In this document: positions 29,489 to 40,753 of the stretch, one piece after another | Layout of the letters: each line of letters starts with the position of its first letter | Position numbering within the stretch: position 1 is the first letter of the stretch | Position numbers and translations under genes: made by a program | NCBI GenBank assembly: GCA_003212795.1 | Contig: QCOV01000001.1 | Location: 27,321-91,320, forward strand | Direction of reading: 5' to 3' | Origin: OCS116 cluster bacterium AG-435-F03 | GTDB lineage: Bacteria; Pseudomonadota; Alphaproteobacteria; MED-G09 | Length of the DNA stretch: 64,000 nucleotides | The notes under the pieces: model-generated | Told to the model about the DNA's origin: nothing | What the model saw: the letters and a program-made list of their open reading frames with translations, nothing else | Databases searched by the model: none

Positions 29489-30690
29489 GTTCTGATAATT
29501 TTTTTATTTTCGAGTTTATCTATTTCTTTCTTATCGTAATTTAACTCTTCAAGAATTTGTCTTGTGTGTTCTCCAATTTCAGGAGCGGTTTGAGGTTTTC
29601 TTTTCTTTTCATCTTTCATAAAAATTGGACTATCTACAGTTAATAGATCTTCTTTATCAGTAAATTTAGTAAAAAATTCGTTATCAGATATTTGTTGGTC
29701 ATTAATATGATCATACGGTTCAGAGATTGACCCAAATGTTACACCGGATTTTTCAAAAAGTTCTTTAAGTTGACCCCAATCCTTTGAGAGAAATTCTTCA
29801 TCTAAAATTTTCATTAATTCCAAAGAATTTTTAGCTCGACCTTCTCTTGTATTAAAGCGTTTATCATCATTAACTTCTTCTCTTTTTAAACATCTAAGTA
29901 ATAGAGGCCATTCTCTTTCTTCATTTAACATTACTAAAATAAACCATCTGCCATCTTTGCATTTATATTTTTCTGCCAAAGCTCCTTTTGTTCCTCTTCC
30001 AGTATTTTCTACAAAATTTGCACCACATAATGCTGCTTGATTGTATATGCCATTTGACCAGAGCCCGTTAGCCATTAAAGATGACGAAACTTCTGAGCCT
30101 TCACCAGTTATCTCTCTTTTATATAGCGCCATCATTATTGCTCCAAAGAGCGCTGACGCAGTAGGGTGATCTCCCATTCCTGGTGTTGATGAACTTGGTT
30201 CTGAATTTGAGTTATTTCGAACTGCGTGCATTAGCCCTGACCTTGCCCACCAAGCTGTTGCATCATATCCTGTCTTATCCTTTTCTTCACCTTTCTCGCC
30301 ATATGGAGATAAGGATGCATATATTAGTTTTTTGTTTTCTTCTAATATATCCTCAGCGTTTATTTTTAATTTAGCCCTAATTGGAAATGGGTAATTAGTT
30401 ATAAATATATCTGCTTTTTTTATTAATTTATGGAGAATGACATGAGCTTCTTTAAATTTAAGGTCTAACGCTAAGCTTTCTTTATTTCGACTCGTTAATA
30501 TCCATGGATAGTTTTCATCGCTTTCCGGCAAGCCTGGTAAACGAAGTAAACTTCTATAGGAATCCCCAATATCTGGGGATTCAATTTTGATTACTCTAGC
30601 CCCAAAATCAGACATTATTGTGGCTGCTGCAGGACCAGCTATATAGCTAGCACAATCAATAACTGTAATTTTTTCTAATAAGTGGTCCAT
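29485..30690 (-). CDS. family III CoA-transferase (CaiB/BaiF family), paralog
   Basis: 'ITVIDCASYIAGPAAATIMSDFGARVIKIESP'. Stop codon overlaps the rpoN stop (TTAA, convergent). Confidence 0.9.
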   Translation of the reverse strand: MDHLLEKITVIDCASYIAGPAAATIMSDFGARVIKIESPDIGDSYRSLLRLPGLPESDENYPWILTSRNKESLALDLKFKEAHVILHKLIKKADIFITNYPFPIRAKLKINAEDILEENKKLIYASLSPYGEKGEEKDKTGYDATAWWARSGLMHAVRNNSNSEPSSSTPGMGDHPTASALFGAIMMALYKREITGEGSEVSSSLMANGLWSNGIYNQAALCGANFVENTGRGTKGALAEKYKCKDGRWFILVMLNEEREWPLLLRCLKREEVNDDKRFNTREGRAKNSLELMKILDEEFLSKDWGQLKELFEKSGVTFGSISEPYDHINDQQISDNEFFTKFTDKEDLLTVDSPIFMKDEKKRKPQTAPEIGEHTRQILEELNYDKKEIDKLENKKIIRT

Positions 30691-30772
30691 TTTTTTTGAA
30701 TAAATGATAAATTTTTTTTACAATTTATGCAATTAAACCTTTATAAAGGCTTTTATTTGTTAAGAGAAAGAA

Positions 30773-32146
30773 ATGACTGATAAAATTAAACCAAATTCAT
30801 ATGCAGCCTTAGATGCTGCACATCATTTTCATCCTTATTCTAATGCTAAAAGAATTGAAAATCAGGGACCAATGGTTATTGCAAAAGGTAAGGGAATAAA
30901 GGTTTGGGATGATCAAGGTAACGAATACATTGAAGCTATGGCAGGCTTATGGTCAGTAGCAGTTGGATTTGGTGAAGAAAGACTTGTAGAGGCAGCAAAG
31001 AAGCAACTTGAAACATTACCTTATTATCATTCATTTACACATAAATCTCACCCCGCAGTTGCTCAGCTTTCGCAAAAATTAACTGAAATTGTTGGTTTGA
31101 ATATGACTCATGCTCATTATACAAATTCTGGATCTGAAGCAAATGACTCTGCTATGAAAATGATATGGTATTACAATAACGCCTTGAATAGACCTGAGAA
31201 GAAAAAAATTATATCAAGATTTAAGGCTTATCATGGAATAACAATAGCATCAGGAAGTCTTACTGGTATTCCTTTAATGCATAATGATTTTGATTTACCA
31301 ATTAAACAGGTTCTACATACTAGATGCCCTCATTATTGGAGAGAAGGTCAAGAGGGCGAAACTGAAGAAGAGTTTGCTACTAGATGCGCAAAGGAACTAG
31401 AGGATTTAATTATTAAAGAGGGCCCAGAAACTATTGCAGCTTTTTTTGGGGAACCTGTAATGGGTGCTGGAGGATTAATTGTACCTCCAAAAACATATTG
31501 GAAGAAGATTCAAGAAGTATGCAAGAAATACGATATTTTAATTGTTGCTGATGAAGTTATTAATGGTTTTGGTAGAACGGGAAAAAGATTCGCTTGTGAG
31601 CTTTATGGCATAGAGCCGGATCTAATAATTTTATCAAAACAAATTACATCAAATTATATACCAATGGGTGTAGTTCTGATGACAGATAAAATATATGAAC
31701 CTATTGCTGAAAATACTGTTAAAAACAATCTTTATGGAAGCGGGTTTACTTCTGCTGGACACCCTGTTGCATGTGCAGTTGCCCTTGAAAACATTAAAAT
31801 CCTTGAAGAAGAAGGTCTTATGGAAAGAGTTTCATCTTTAGAACCAGCTTTTCAAGAAAGACTAAAAAATTTAGAAAAAAAGGAATTAGTTGGAGAAGCA
31901 AGAGGTGTAGGTTTAATGGGTGCAGTAGAATTAGTAAAAGATAAAGAAACTTTTGCTCCTTTTGATCCTATAGGAAGTGCAGGCCCTGTTTTAGCTGAAG
32001 TTGGTCACAGTGAAGGTATAATTTTGAGAGCTATTGGAGATGTATTAGCTGTTTGTCCGCCTCTCATTATAAAAGAAAATGAAATTCATGAGTTGTTTGA
32101 TAGATTTGAAAATACTCTTGATAAAGGACTTCAGGCAGTTAAATAA
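30773..32146 (+). CDS. class-III (omega) aminotransferase, PLP-dependent
   Basis: 'ILIVADEVINGFGRTGKRFA' (PLP-lysine region) and 'SGSEANDSAMK'. Confidence 0.88.
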   Translation: MTDKIKPNSYAALDAAHHFHPYSNAKRIENQGPMVIAKGKGIKVWDDQGNEYIEAMAGLWSVAVGFGEERLVEAAKKQLETLPYYHSFTHKSHPAVAQLSQKLTEIVGLNMTHAHYTNSGSEANDSAMKMIWYYNNALNRPEKKKIISRFKAYHGITIASGSLTGIPLMHNDFDLPIKQVLHTRCPHYWREGQEGETEEEFATRCAKELEDLIIKEGPETIAAFFGEPVMGAGGLIVPPKTYWKKIQEVCKKYDILIVADEVINGFGRTGKRFACELYGIEPDLIILSKQITSNYIPMGVVLMTDKIYEPIAENTVKNNLYGSGFTSAGHPVACAVALENIKILEEEGLMERVSSLEPAFQERLKNLEKKELVGEARGVGLMGAVELVKDKETFAPFDPIGSAGPVLAEVGHSEGIILRAIGDVLAVCPPLIIKENEIHELFDRFENTLDKGLQAVK

Positions 32147-33109
32147 TTAAAAAACTTCAAGAATAATTTTTCCAATATTATTGTTATTTTCCATTATTTT
32201 ATGTGCTTGATCTGCTTCTTTAATAGGTAATTTCTTATAAATGATAGGTTTAATTATTTTTTTTTCGAAATGATCCCAAATATTTTCATGTAACGCGCTC
32301 ATCACTTTACCTTTTACCTCAATTGATCTTGATCTAATTGTTGATCCAATAATTTTTTGTCTTTTCATTAATAGATGACCAATATTTATCTTTCCATTAA
32401 CTCCGCCTAAAATTCCAATAATAATTAATCTTCCATCAATAGCTAAATTATTTAAGTTTTCTTCAAAATAATTTGCGCCAACAGGATCGAGTATAATATC
32501 TAATCCAGAAGGGCAAAGGTCTTTAAAACTTTTAAATGAATTTTCTAATCTAACAGTGCCAGCGCTAGAACCAAGATCTATACAGAATTCAACTTTTTCT
32601 TCACTTCCAGCAGTTATATATGACTCACATTGAAAAATATTACAAAGTTGAATTCCTGCAGTTCCTATTCCACTAGCACCAGCATGAAATAAAACTTTTT
32701 CACCCTTTTTTAAATTACCTTCCATAAATAAATTCAGCCAACAAGTTGCAAAAACTTCTGGTATAGCTGCACCATCGCTTAAGTTTATATTTTTAGGAAG
32801 AGGAAGAGTTTGAACTTCGGGACATGAAACATACTCTGCATATCCACCTCCAGCAAGTAATGCAACAACTTCATCACCTACTTTTCTGTTAACAACATCT
32901 CTCCCAATTTCTTGAATGATCCCACTGCATTCAAGTCCAAGAATTTCACTTGCTCCAGGAGGAGCAGGGTATAGTCCTGCTCTTTGGGCAAGGTCTGCTC
33001 TATTAACAGCAGTGGATTTAACTTTAATAATGACTTCATTATCCTTACAATCTGGATCCTCGTTGTCCACCCAGTTGAGTTTTTTGTCAGCTATTACAAT
33101 TGCTTTCAT
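32147..33109 (-). CDS. NAD(P)H:quinone oxidoreductase / zinc-free MDR-family reductase
   Basis: Qor-like 'VLFHAGASGIGTAGIQL' nucleotide-binding motif. 320 aa. Confidence 0.8.
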   Translation of the reverse strand: MKAIVIADKKLNWVDNEDPDCKDNEVIIKVKSTAVNRADLAQRAGLYPAPPGASEILGLECSGIIQEIGRDVVNRKVGDEVVALLAGGGYAEYVSCPEVQTLPLPKNINLSDGAAIPEVFATCWLNLFMEGNLKKGEKVLFHAGASGIGTAGIQLCNIFQCESYITAGSEEKVEFCIDLGSSAGTVRLENSFKSFKDLCPSGLDIILDPVGANYFEENLNNLAIDGRLIIIGILGGVNGKINIGHLLMKRQKIIGSTIRSRSIEVKGKVMSALHENIWDHFEKKIIKPIIYKKLPIKEADQAHKIMENNNNIGKIILEVF

Positions 33110-33113
33110 GAAT

Positions 33114-35075
33114 TTATTTATTTTGTCTATTTTCTATTAATTCATCAACTACCATCGGTTCTGCTAGCGTTGATGTATCACCTAATTCTGAATAGTCATT
33201 TTCAGCGATTTTTCTTAAGATACGACGCATGATTTTTCCTGATCTTGTTTTAGGTAAATTTGGTGCAAATTGAATTAAATCTGGGCTAGCTATTGGACCA
33301 ATTTCTTTTCTAACCCAGTTTATTAATGCTTTTCTAATTTCTTCGTTACCGTTTTCTCCAGCATTAAGTGTTACATATGCATAAATTCCTTGACCTTTAA
33401 TTTCATGAGGAAAGCCTACAACAGCGGCTTCAGATACTTTTTCATGAGAAACTAGGGCGCTTTCTACTTCAGCTGTCCCCATTCTATGACCAGAAACATT
33501 TATAACATCATCTACTCTTCCAGTTATCCAATAATAGCCGTCTTCGTCTCTTTTACATCCATCTCCAGTGAAATAGTAACCATTGTATTGACTAAAATAA
33601 GTTTCAATAAATCTTTTATGATCCCCATAAACAGTTCGCATTTGTCCAGGCCAACTATCGGCTATACATAAATTCCCTTCATTTTCACCTTCTAAAATAT
33701 TTCCTTTAGAGTCTAGGAGGACAGGCCTTACTCCTGGTAGAGGTTTTGAGGCTGATCCCGGTTTTAAATCTGTAGCACCAGGTAGGGGCGAGATTAATGT
33801 TGCCCCAGTTTCTGTTTGCCACCAGGTATCAACTATTGGGCATTTTTTTTCTCCCACTATATTAAAATACCACATCCAAGCTTCTGGATTAATTGGTTCT
33901 CCAACAGTACCAAGTAATCGTATACTTTTTCTACTAGTTGATTTGACTGGTGCATCTCCCTCTTTCATAAGAGCTCTTATTGCTGTTGGAGCAGTATAAA
34001 AAATATTCACACTATGTTTATCGCATACTTCCCAAAACCTTGAATTAGATGGATAATTTGGTACTCCTTCAAACATTAAAGTAGTGGCTCCATTAGCTAG
34101 AGGCCCATAAACTATATAAGAATGCCCAGTCACCCAACCAACATCAGCAGTACACCAATAAATATCCTTATCATGATAATCAAAAATTATTTCATGAGTA
34201 TATGATGCATAGACTATATAACCACCGGTTGTATGAAGAACACCTTTGGGCTTACCTGTTGAACCGCTAGTATAAAGAATAAAAAGTGGATCTTCTGCAT
34301 TCATTTCTTCAGGAGGACATTCATCACCAACAAGTTCAACTGCCTCATGATACCAAAGATCTCTATCTTCTTTCATTTCAATGTCTCCACCAGTTCTTTT
34401 AACAACAAAGACATTTTTTACATCTGGGCATTGCTCAAGAGCTTTATCCGAATTAACTTTTAATGGTACAATTTTGCCACCCCTTATTCCTTCATCAGCA
34501 GTTATTAAGAATTTAGAATCACAGTCAAGTATTCTGCCAGCAAGTGCATCAGGAGAAAAGCCTCCGAAAACAACAGAGTGAATTGCTCCAATTCTTGAAC
34601 AAGCTAACATTGCATATGCGGCTTCAGGTATCATAGGCATGTATATTGTAACTCTATCACCTTTTTGAACACCATAGTGTTTCATCATATTTGCAAATTT
34701 AGAAACTTTTTGGTGTAATTCTTTATATGTGATTTTTTTTGACTCATTTGGATCATCACCTTCCCAAATAATCGCAATTTGATCAGATTTATCTGATAAA
34801 TGTCTATCGATACAATTATAACTCGCATTCAAGGTTCCATCATAAAACCATTTAATATTTACATCGTTGTTGGACCATGTCACATCTTTGACCATCGTAT
34901 AAGGTTTTATCCAGTTTATTCTTTTCCCTTCTTTTTCCCAAAAGGCTTCAGGATTATCCAAAGCAAATTTATAAGCTTCTTCATATTTATCTTTAGTTAA
35001 ATGAGCGCTATCTTTAAAATTTTCAAATACTGGTATTTTGATATTATCGGACATTTTAAAATTATAATTCTTCAT
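33114..35075 (-). CDS. acs: acetyl-CoA synthetase (AMP-forming)
   Basis: 653 aa. N-terminal '[35 protein letters not shown]...[15 protein letters not shown]' parallels E. coli Acs. AMP-binding '[11 protein letters not shown]'. Confidence 0.88.
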   Translation of the reverse strand: MKNYNFKMSDNIKIPVFENFKDSAHLTKDKYEEAYKFALDNPEAFWEKEGKRINWIKPYTMVKDVTWSNNDVNIKWFYDGTLNASYNCIDRHLSDKSDQIAIIWEGDDPNESKKITYKELHQKVSKFANMMKHYGVQKGDRVTIYMPMIPEAAYAMLACSRIGAIHSVVFGGFSPDALAGRILDCDSKFLITADEGIRGGKIVPLKVNSDKALEQCPDVKNVFVVKRTGGDIEMKEDRDLWYHEAVELVGDECPPEEMNAEDPLFILYTSGSTGKPKGVLHTTGGYIVYASYTHEIIFDYHDKDIYWCTADVGWVTGHSYIVYGPLANGATTLMFEGVPNYPSNSRFWEVCDKHSVNIFYTAPTAIRALMKEGDAPVKSTSRKSIRLLGTVGEPINPEAWMWYFNIVGEKKCPIVDTWWQTETGATLISPLPGATDLKPGSASKPLPGVRPVLLDSKGNILEGENEGNLCIADSWPGQMRTVYGDHKRFIETYFSQYNGYYFTGDGCKRDEDGYYWITGRVDDVINVSGHRMGTAEVESALVSHEKVSEAAVVGFPHEIKGQGIYAYVTLNAGENGNEEIRKALINWVRKEIGPIASPDLIQFAPNLPKTRSGKIMRRILRKIAENDYSELGDTSTLAEPMVVDELIENRQNK

Positions 35076-35952
35076 TCAGTAATTTAATTACACCTGAGAA
35101 ATCTAAATTATCAGTTCCATTCTTTTCCATTTCTTCATAAATAGCAGTAGCCTTTTCGCCTAAAGGTGTTCTTGAGTTTGAAAAAGAAGATGCTTCTTGT
35201 GATAATCTAAGGTCTTTCAACATCAATGCAGCAGAAAATCCAGGTTTATAGTCATTATTTGCCGGGCTAGTAGGAACTGGGCCAGGAACAGGACAATAGC
35301 TTGTCATCGACCAACATTGACCTGATGCTGTAGAGGCAATATCAAAAAAAGTAGATGCATCTAAACCTAAATTTTTTGCAAGATTAAATGCTTCAGAAGT
35401 TCCAATCATTGATATTGCTAAAAGCATATTATTAGCTATTTTTGCTACCTGTCCATTTCCTGCTTGACCAGCATGTATAACATTTCCGCCCATAATATCT
35501 AAAAATTCTTTTGCCTTATTAAATGCATCAGTATCTCCACCAACCATAAAAGTTAATGTTCCTGCTTCTGCACCAGTAACGCCTCCAGAAACTGGTGCAT
35601 CAAGCATTTTTAAGTTATTTTCGTTTGCATCTTTTTCAACTTCACGCGAAGTCTCAACATCTATTGTAGATGAATCAATTAGGAGTAAATTATTATCAGC
35701 ATTCTTTATAATTCCATCATCACCCATATAAATTGTTTTTACATGTTTTCCTGAGGGAAGCATTGTTATTGCAGTATCAGATTTTTTTAATGCGCTAGGT
35801 ATATTTTCCTCTTTATTTCCACCTGCAGCAATAAATTGATTCATTTGCTCCTCAGACAGATCGAAGCCATAAACTGTGTGTCCAGCCTTAATCAGGTTTT
35901 TTGCCATAGGAAGCCCCATGTTGCCCAAACCTATAAAAGTTATATTTGCCAT
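35062..35952 (-). CDS. mmsB: 3-hydroxyisobutyrate dehydrogenase family NAD(P) oxidoreductase
   Basis: '[17 protein letters not shown]' Rossmann N-terminus and HIBADH-family middle motifs. Operon context with HIBCH and ACAD. Confidence 0.85.
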   Translation of the reverse strand: MANITFIGLGNMGLPMAKNLIKAGHTVYGFDLSEEQMNQFIAAGGNKEENIPSALKKSDTAITMLPSGKHVKTIYMGDDGIIKNADNNLLLIDSSTIDVETSREVEKDANENNLKMLDAPVSGGVTGAEAGTLTFMVGGDTDAFNKAKEFLDIMGGNVIHAGQAGNGQVAKIANNMLLAISMIGTSEAFNLAKNLGLDASTFFDIASTASGQCWSMTSYCPVPGPVPTSPANNDYKPGFSAALMLKDLRLSQEASSFSNSRTPLGEKATAIYEEMEKNGTDNLDFSGVIKLLNEEL

Positions 35953-35954
35953 CT

Positions 35955-36998
35955 TTACCTCGTATTAAAATTTAACTCATTATTTTCTAAATTTTTGAAA
36001 AATTCATCTATTGTTTCATCTGAAATTTCATCAATATTTCTTGGCTTCCATAAAGGTTTATTGTCTTTATCTATTATGAGAGCTCTCACACCTTCATAAA
36101 AGTCATGATCAGACATTACTTTTGAAACCATTCTATATTCCATTCTCATACAATCTTCAAAATCTAATTCTGCTCCATTTTTTATTTGTCTAAAAGTAAT
36201 TTTAAGAGATGTTGGGGATTTAGATTTTAATAAGCTAAGATTTTTTTGAGCAAAATCAGATTGATCACTCTCTAATTTATTAATAATTTCTTCAAGACTA
36301 TCTCCAGAAAAAAGTTTATTAATTTCTTCAAAATTATTTTTAAGATCTGAGTTAATCTTATTAGAATGAAATGATGAAAGAATTTCAGTTGGTGAAGAGC
36401 CTTCAGATAATTTATTAAATATTTCGTCATAATTTTCTGACTCAATGTAATATTCTGCAATACCCAGTTCAATTGCATCAGATGATTTAATACGACTTCC
36501 TGTTAAGGCTAGATACATACCAACATTATCTCTTAATCGCGATAGAAAAAAACTTCCTCCAACATCTGGAAATAGGCCAATCCCTGTTTCAGGCATTGCA
36601 AATGAGTAATTTTCTCCAGCTACTCTAAAAGCACCGTGCACCGAAACACCAACGCCTCCACCCATCACAATGCCATTAACAAATGATGCATATGGCTTAG
36701 AGTATGATTTTATTAATTGATTGAGTTGGTATTCTTCATAATAAAAACCAGTTGCTTTTTTATCATTGCTTTTCCCCCAATCATAAAGTGCCCTTATGTC
36801 TCCACCAGCACAAAACGCTTTATCACCAGTTGCGGTGACTGCTACAGTTTTGACTTCATCATCATTCTCCCAAATTTTAAGTTTTGGATGAATTTCTCTG
36901 ACCATTTTTAATGTTAATGCGTTTAATGCGTCTGGCCTATTAAGTGTAATAAGACCTAAAGAACCTTTTTTTTCAAAAAAGACTTCTTCAACGCTCAT
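35955..36998 (-). CDS. 3-hydroxyisobutyryl-CoA hydrolase (crotonase superfamily)
   Basis: 347 aa, which is HIBCH length rather than a 260-aa ECH. 'ITLNRPDALNAL...AFCAGGDI' crotonase motifs. Confidence 0.8.
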   Translation of the reverse strand: MSVEEVFFEKKGSLGLITLNRPDALNALTLKMVREIHPKLKIWENDDEVKTVAVTATGDKAFCAGGDIRALYDWGKSNDKKATGFYYEEYQLNQLIKSYSKPYASFVNGIVMGGGVGVSVHGAFRVAGENYSFAMPETGIGLFPDVGGSFFLSRLRDNVGMYLALTGSRIKSSDAIELGIAEYYIESENYDEIFNKLSEGSSPTEILSSFHSNKINSDLKNNFEEINKLFSGDSLEEIINKLESDQSDFAQKNLSLLKSKSPTSLKITFRQIKNGAELDFEDCMRMEYRMVSKVMSDHDFYEGVRALIIDKDNKPLWKPRNIDEISDETIDEFFKNLENNELNFNTR

Positions 36999-38125
36999 TT
37001 ATTTTCCTTGAGTATTTCTCTAGCTATGATGACTCTCATGATCTCATTAGTTCCTTCAAGAATTTGATGTACTCTTAAATCCCTAAGATTTCTTTCCAGA
37101 GGATAATCTTTCAAATAACCGTAACCTCCATGAATTTGTAATGCTTCATTCACAATGTTAAAGCCTGCATCAGTAACAAATCTTTTTGCCATAGCTGCTG
37201 CTTTTGTTTTATCCGATGTATTATCATCAACTTTTATTGCAGCTTCCCTTAGGATCAATCTTGAGGCTTCTAATTCAGTACACATATCTGCGAGTTTAAA
37301 TTGGAGAGCTTGAAATTCTTGTAATTTTTTTCCAAATTGTTCTCTTTCACCAACATATTGAACAGCTCTTTCATATGCTGATTGTGCTGTGCCAAGAGAG
37401 CAGGCAGCAATATTAAGTCTGCCTCCATCTAATCCCATCATAGCAATTTTAAAACCATCACCTTCTTGTCCAATTAGATTTTCCACAGGAACTTTACAAT
37501 CTTCAAAAATTACTTGAGCTGTGGGTTGAGAATTCCAGCCCATCTTCTTTTCTTGTCCACCAAATGAAAGGCCTTCACTATCTTTTTCTATAACAAGGGT
37601 CGAGATAGAGTTTTCATCGGTTTTAACCATTGTAACATATACATCAGAAAAACCTCCGCCAGAAATAAATGATTTAGTCCCATTCAAAATATAATGGTCG
37701 CCAGATTTTTCTGCTTTTGTTCTTAAACCACCGGCATCTGATCCTGCGCCTGGTTCAGTTAAGCAATATGAACTTATTTTTTTCATAGAACAAAGATCAG
37801 GAACAAAACGTTCTTTTAACTCCTGACTTCCAAAATTATCTATCATCCATGTTGCCATATTATGTATAGATAAAAATGCGGCTGTAGATGTGCAACCTTG
37901 ACTAAGGCCTTCAAAAATTAATGTTGAATCTAGTCTTGATAATCCTGATCCACCTAAATCAGGAGAAACATAAATACCAGCAAATCCTAATTGTGCTAAT
38001 TCTCGCAATGTTTCTATAGGAAGGATCTTTTCTTCATCCCATTTTTCTGCATGAGGCGCCATTTTTTCAATTGCAAAATTTTTTGCAACATCATAAAAAG
38101 CTATTTGTTCTTCAGATAGTTTCAT
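36995..38125 (-). CDS. acyl-CoA dehydrogenase (short/branched-chain; isobutyryl-CoA dehydrogenase-like)
   Basis: ACAD fold with C-terminal 'ILEGTNEIMRVIIAREIL', which carries the canonical catalytic Glu. Confidence 0.88.
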   Translation of the reverse strand: MKLSEEQIAFYDVAKNFAIEKMAPHAEKWDEEKILPIETLRELAQLGFAGIYVSPDLGGSGLSRLDSTLIFEGLSQGCTSTAAFLSIHNMATWMIDNFGSQELKERFVPDLCSMKKISSYCLTEPGAGSDAGGLRTKAEKSGDHYILNGTKSFISGGGFSDVYVTMVKTDENSISTLVIEKDSEGLSFGGQEKKMGWNSQPTAQVIFEDCKVPVENLIGQEGDGFKIAMMGLDGGRLNIAACSLGTAQSAYERAVQYVGEREQFGKKLQEFQALQFKLADMCTELEASRLILREAAIKVDDNTSDKTKAAAMAKRFVTDAGFNIVNEALQIHGGYGYLKDYPLERNLRDLRVHQILEGTNEIMRVIIAREILKENK

Positions 38126-38213
38126 TTTTTTATTACATTTCTAAATAAAAGGTAAGGTATCACTCAATTATAATAAATCAGTTAAATTTAATGACTTTTT
38201 GAAAATAATTAAA

Positions 38214-39668
38214 TTAACTAATTTTATTCATAACATCACCGAAGAGTTCTTCATCAGAAATTAATTCTTTGGTTTGAGGTAATGGTTTTGATACCCATGT
38301 TTCATTAATTAAATCTCTCCAGGAAATATTATTATTGGTTCCGTTTCCACCCCAAGAACCACATCCTAATGAAAATGTTTGTCTCATTCCATTCCATAAG
38401 TTTCCGCTATTTGACGCTGCCTGAGGTTGATTTACCATAACTCTTGATGTCTTAGTAATATTGGCAAGTTTCATTATATTTTCATCACTACTTGAATAAA
38501 TACCACAAGAATGTCCTTGTCCTTGGTAGGATTGGATATTGTTAGTTAGTTCAATAGCATGATCGATATCACTTGCTTTATATAATGCCATTACTACTGA
38601 TAATTTTTCACCTGAAAACAGATTTTCCGGTCCCCATCCATCTTCCGGAACGATTATAAATTCAATATTTTCTGGAATATCTAATCCTGCCATTTCAGCA
38701 ATTTTTTCTGCTGGTTGAGCTACAATGGCTGTATTCAAATGGCCTTCTTCATCCCATATAGTATTACGAAGTTTTTCTTTTTCCTCTGAATTTGCTAAAT
38801 AACCACCTCTTTCCTTAAGCTTTGAAAGCATTTCTTCATAAATCTTTTCTACTAAAATAACTGAATTATCCGCAGAGCATGAGGCTGCTAAATCAAGAGT
38901 TTTTGAAATTTTTATTTTATCAGCTGCATCATCTAAATCAGCAGTTTCATCAACGGTAATAACAGCATTACCAACTCCAACTCCTAGAGCAGGTGTTCCG
39001 CTTGAATAGGCTGCATTAACCATTGCACCGCCTCCAGTAGCAAGCACTCTATCACACTGGGCCATAAGTTCATTGGTAAGTTCTAATGATGGGATTTCAA
39101 TACCTATTACTAAATCAGCTGGTGCCCCACAACTTTCAATTGCCGCTCTCATAAGATCACATATCTTCTTGTTAGTTAGTTTTGCTCTAGGATGAGGAGC
39201 AACAATAATTGAATTTCTTCCTTTGACAGCATGAATGGCTTTAATAACTGGCGTTGCTTCAGGATTTGTAGATGGAGCAAGTGCTCCAATTACACCCATA
39301 GGTTTTGCAATTTTGACAATTTCTCTTTCTTTATCCTCTTCTAAAATTCCAACAGATTTTTCATCAATAATATCCATTAGAGTTGCTCGAGTTTTTCTTT
39401 GTATCTTAAGAAATTTACCTTCGTAGTTCCCTAGCTGAGTTTCATCAACCGTAAATTGAGCGATTTCTTCTGCAACTCCAGGCCTTGCAACACACCAAAC
39501 CATAGCTCGTATAAGTTCATCAACTTGTTCCTGAGTATAATTTTCAATTTGCTTTTGAGCTTCTCTAGATCTTCTAACCAACTCTTGAATTTCTTCCTTT
39601 GGTTCAAGTTCTGATTCATTTACTTGTTTATCCATCAAAATCTCCTCAATTTTAATATTTATATTCAA
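38214..39668 (-). CDS. CoA-acylating aldehyde dehydrogenase (EutE/PduP-like clade)
   Basis: 484 aa. Resembles acetylating aldehyde dehydrogenases ('IIVAPHPRA', 'ATGGGAMV', 'ASCSADNS'). It occupies the operon slot where methylmalonate-semialdehyde dehydrogenase is expected. Confidence 0.7.
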   Translation of the reverse strand: MNINIKIEEILMDKQVNESELEPKEEIQELVRRSREAQKQIENYTQEQVDELIRAMVWCVARPGVAEEIAQFTVDETQLGNYEGKFLKIQRKTRATLMDIIDEKSVGILEEDKEREIVKIAKPMGVIGALAPSTNPEATPVIKAIHAVKGRNSIIVAPHPRAKLTNKKICDLMRAAIESCGAPADLVIGIEIPSLELTNELMAQCDRVLATGGGAMVNAAYSSGTPALGVGVGNAVITVDETADLDDAADKIKISKTLDLAASCSADNSVILVEKIYEEMLSKLKERGGYLANSEEKEKLRNTIWDEEGHLNTAIVAQPAEKIAEMAGLDIPENIEFIIVPEDGWGPENLFSGEKLSVVMALYKASDIDHAIELTNNIQSYQGQGHSCGIYSSSDENIMKLANITKTSRVMVNQPQAASNSGNLWNGMRQTFSLGCGSWGGNGTNNNISWRDLINETWVSKPLPQTKELISDEELFGDVMNKIS

Positions 39669-39727
39669 TCGGTATTAATACACCACTATATAATCTTCGT
39701 CCACGATTCATTAGACAATATAATCAA

Positions 39728-40729
39728 TTAGTTAGTTATTTTTAAAAGTTGTTTTCCTTTATTTTTGCCATCAAAAAGACCTTTAAGAGTATCAGGCGCA
39801 TTCTCAAAACCCTCTCGTAAATCTTCCTTGCAAATTAGTTTTCCATCTTCAATCCATTTTTTCATCTTACTTCTAGCTGAAGCTGTCTCTGACATATAAT
39901 CTAACATCAAAAAACCTTGCATGGTTGCTCTTTTGAAGATTAGATTTGAATAATTTTCAGGTCCGAAATTCATATTATCGGTTTTATGTCTGGATATTAT
40001 TCCACAAATAGCAATTCTTGCATTCAATGCTAAATGCAATAGGCAATCATTTAAAATTCTTCCACCAACATTATCATATACAATATCAGCTCCATTAGGA
40101 CATAGCTTACTTAAGCTTTCATTAAGATCTTGAGATTTATAGTCTATTGCTCCGTCAAACCCAAATTCATTGATAAGCATTTCACACTTTTCTTTTCCTC
40201 CTGCAATACCATAAACTTTGCATCCAGCAATCTTAAAGATTTGCCCAGCTAAAGATCCAACCCCTCCTGCAGCACCAGTTACAATTACAGTATCGCCGGG
40301 ATTTGGTTTACTTATTTTGGTAACTCCAAAATATGCAGTTAATCCTGTGCCACCAAGCGCACCTAAGTATGCTGTAGGCATATCTGTATCTTCAATTATT
40401 TCTATGTCTTCTTCATTCAATATAGGATGAGTTTGCCAACATGTTTGGCCCGAAACAATGTCACCTTTTTTAAATTTTTCGGATTTACTATCTAATACTC
40501 TAGCAATTCCGCTGCAGCGCATTACATCTCCTATTTCAAGAGGTGCCACATAATTAGATATATTTTCCATCCAACCTTTTTGGGCAGGCTGGAATTCAAT
40601 AACCATATTTTCTAGAAGTAATTCACCATCATTAATTTCTCTAGTCTCTTCTTCTTTATACTCAAAGTCATCATCAGATATTGGTCTACCTACCGGCCTA
40701 CCAGCCAGTAGAAATTTTTTATTAATCAT
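39728..40729 (-). CDS. NADP-dependent oxidoreductase, MDR superfamily (YncB/CurA-like), paralog of 23554..24585
   Basis: 'VIVTGAAGGVGSLAGQIFKIAG' and C-terminal 'KNKGKQLLKI'. Confidence 0.85.
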   Translation of the reverse strand: MINKKFLLAGRPVGRPISDDDFEYKEEETREINDGELLLENMVIEFQPAQKGWMENISNYVAPLEIGDVMRCSGIARVLDSKSEKFKKGDIVSGQTCWQTHPILNEEDIEIIEDTDMPTAYLGALGGTGLTAYFGVTKISKPNPGDTVIVTGAAGGVGSLAGQIFKIAGCKVYGIAGGKEKCEMLINEFGFDGAIDYKSQDLNESLSKLCPNGADIVYDNVGGRILNDCLLHLALNARIAICGIISRHKTDNMNFGPENYSNLIFKRATMQGFLMLDYMSETASARSKMKKWIEDGKLICKEDLREGFENAPDTLKGLFDGKNKGKQLLKITN

Positions 40730-40753
40730 AATTAATCCTGTAAATTGTTGTTC

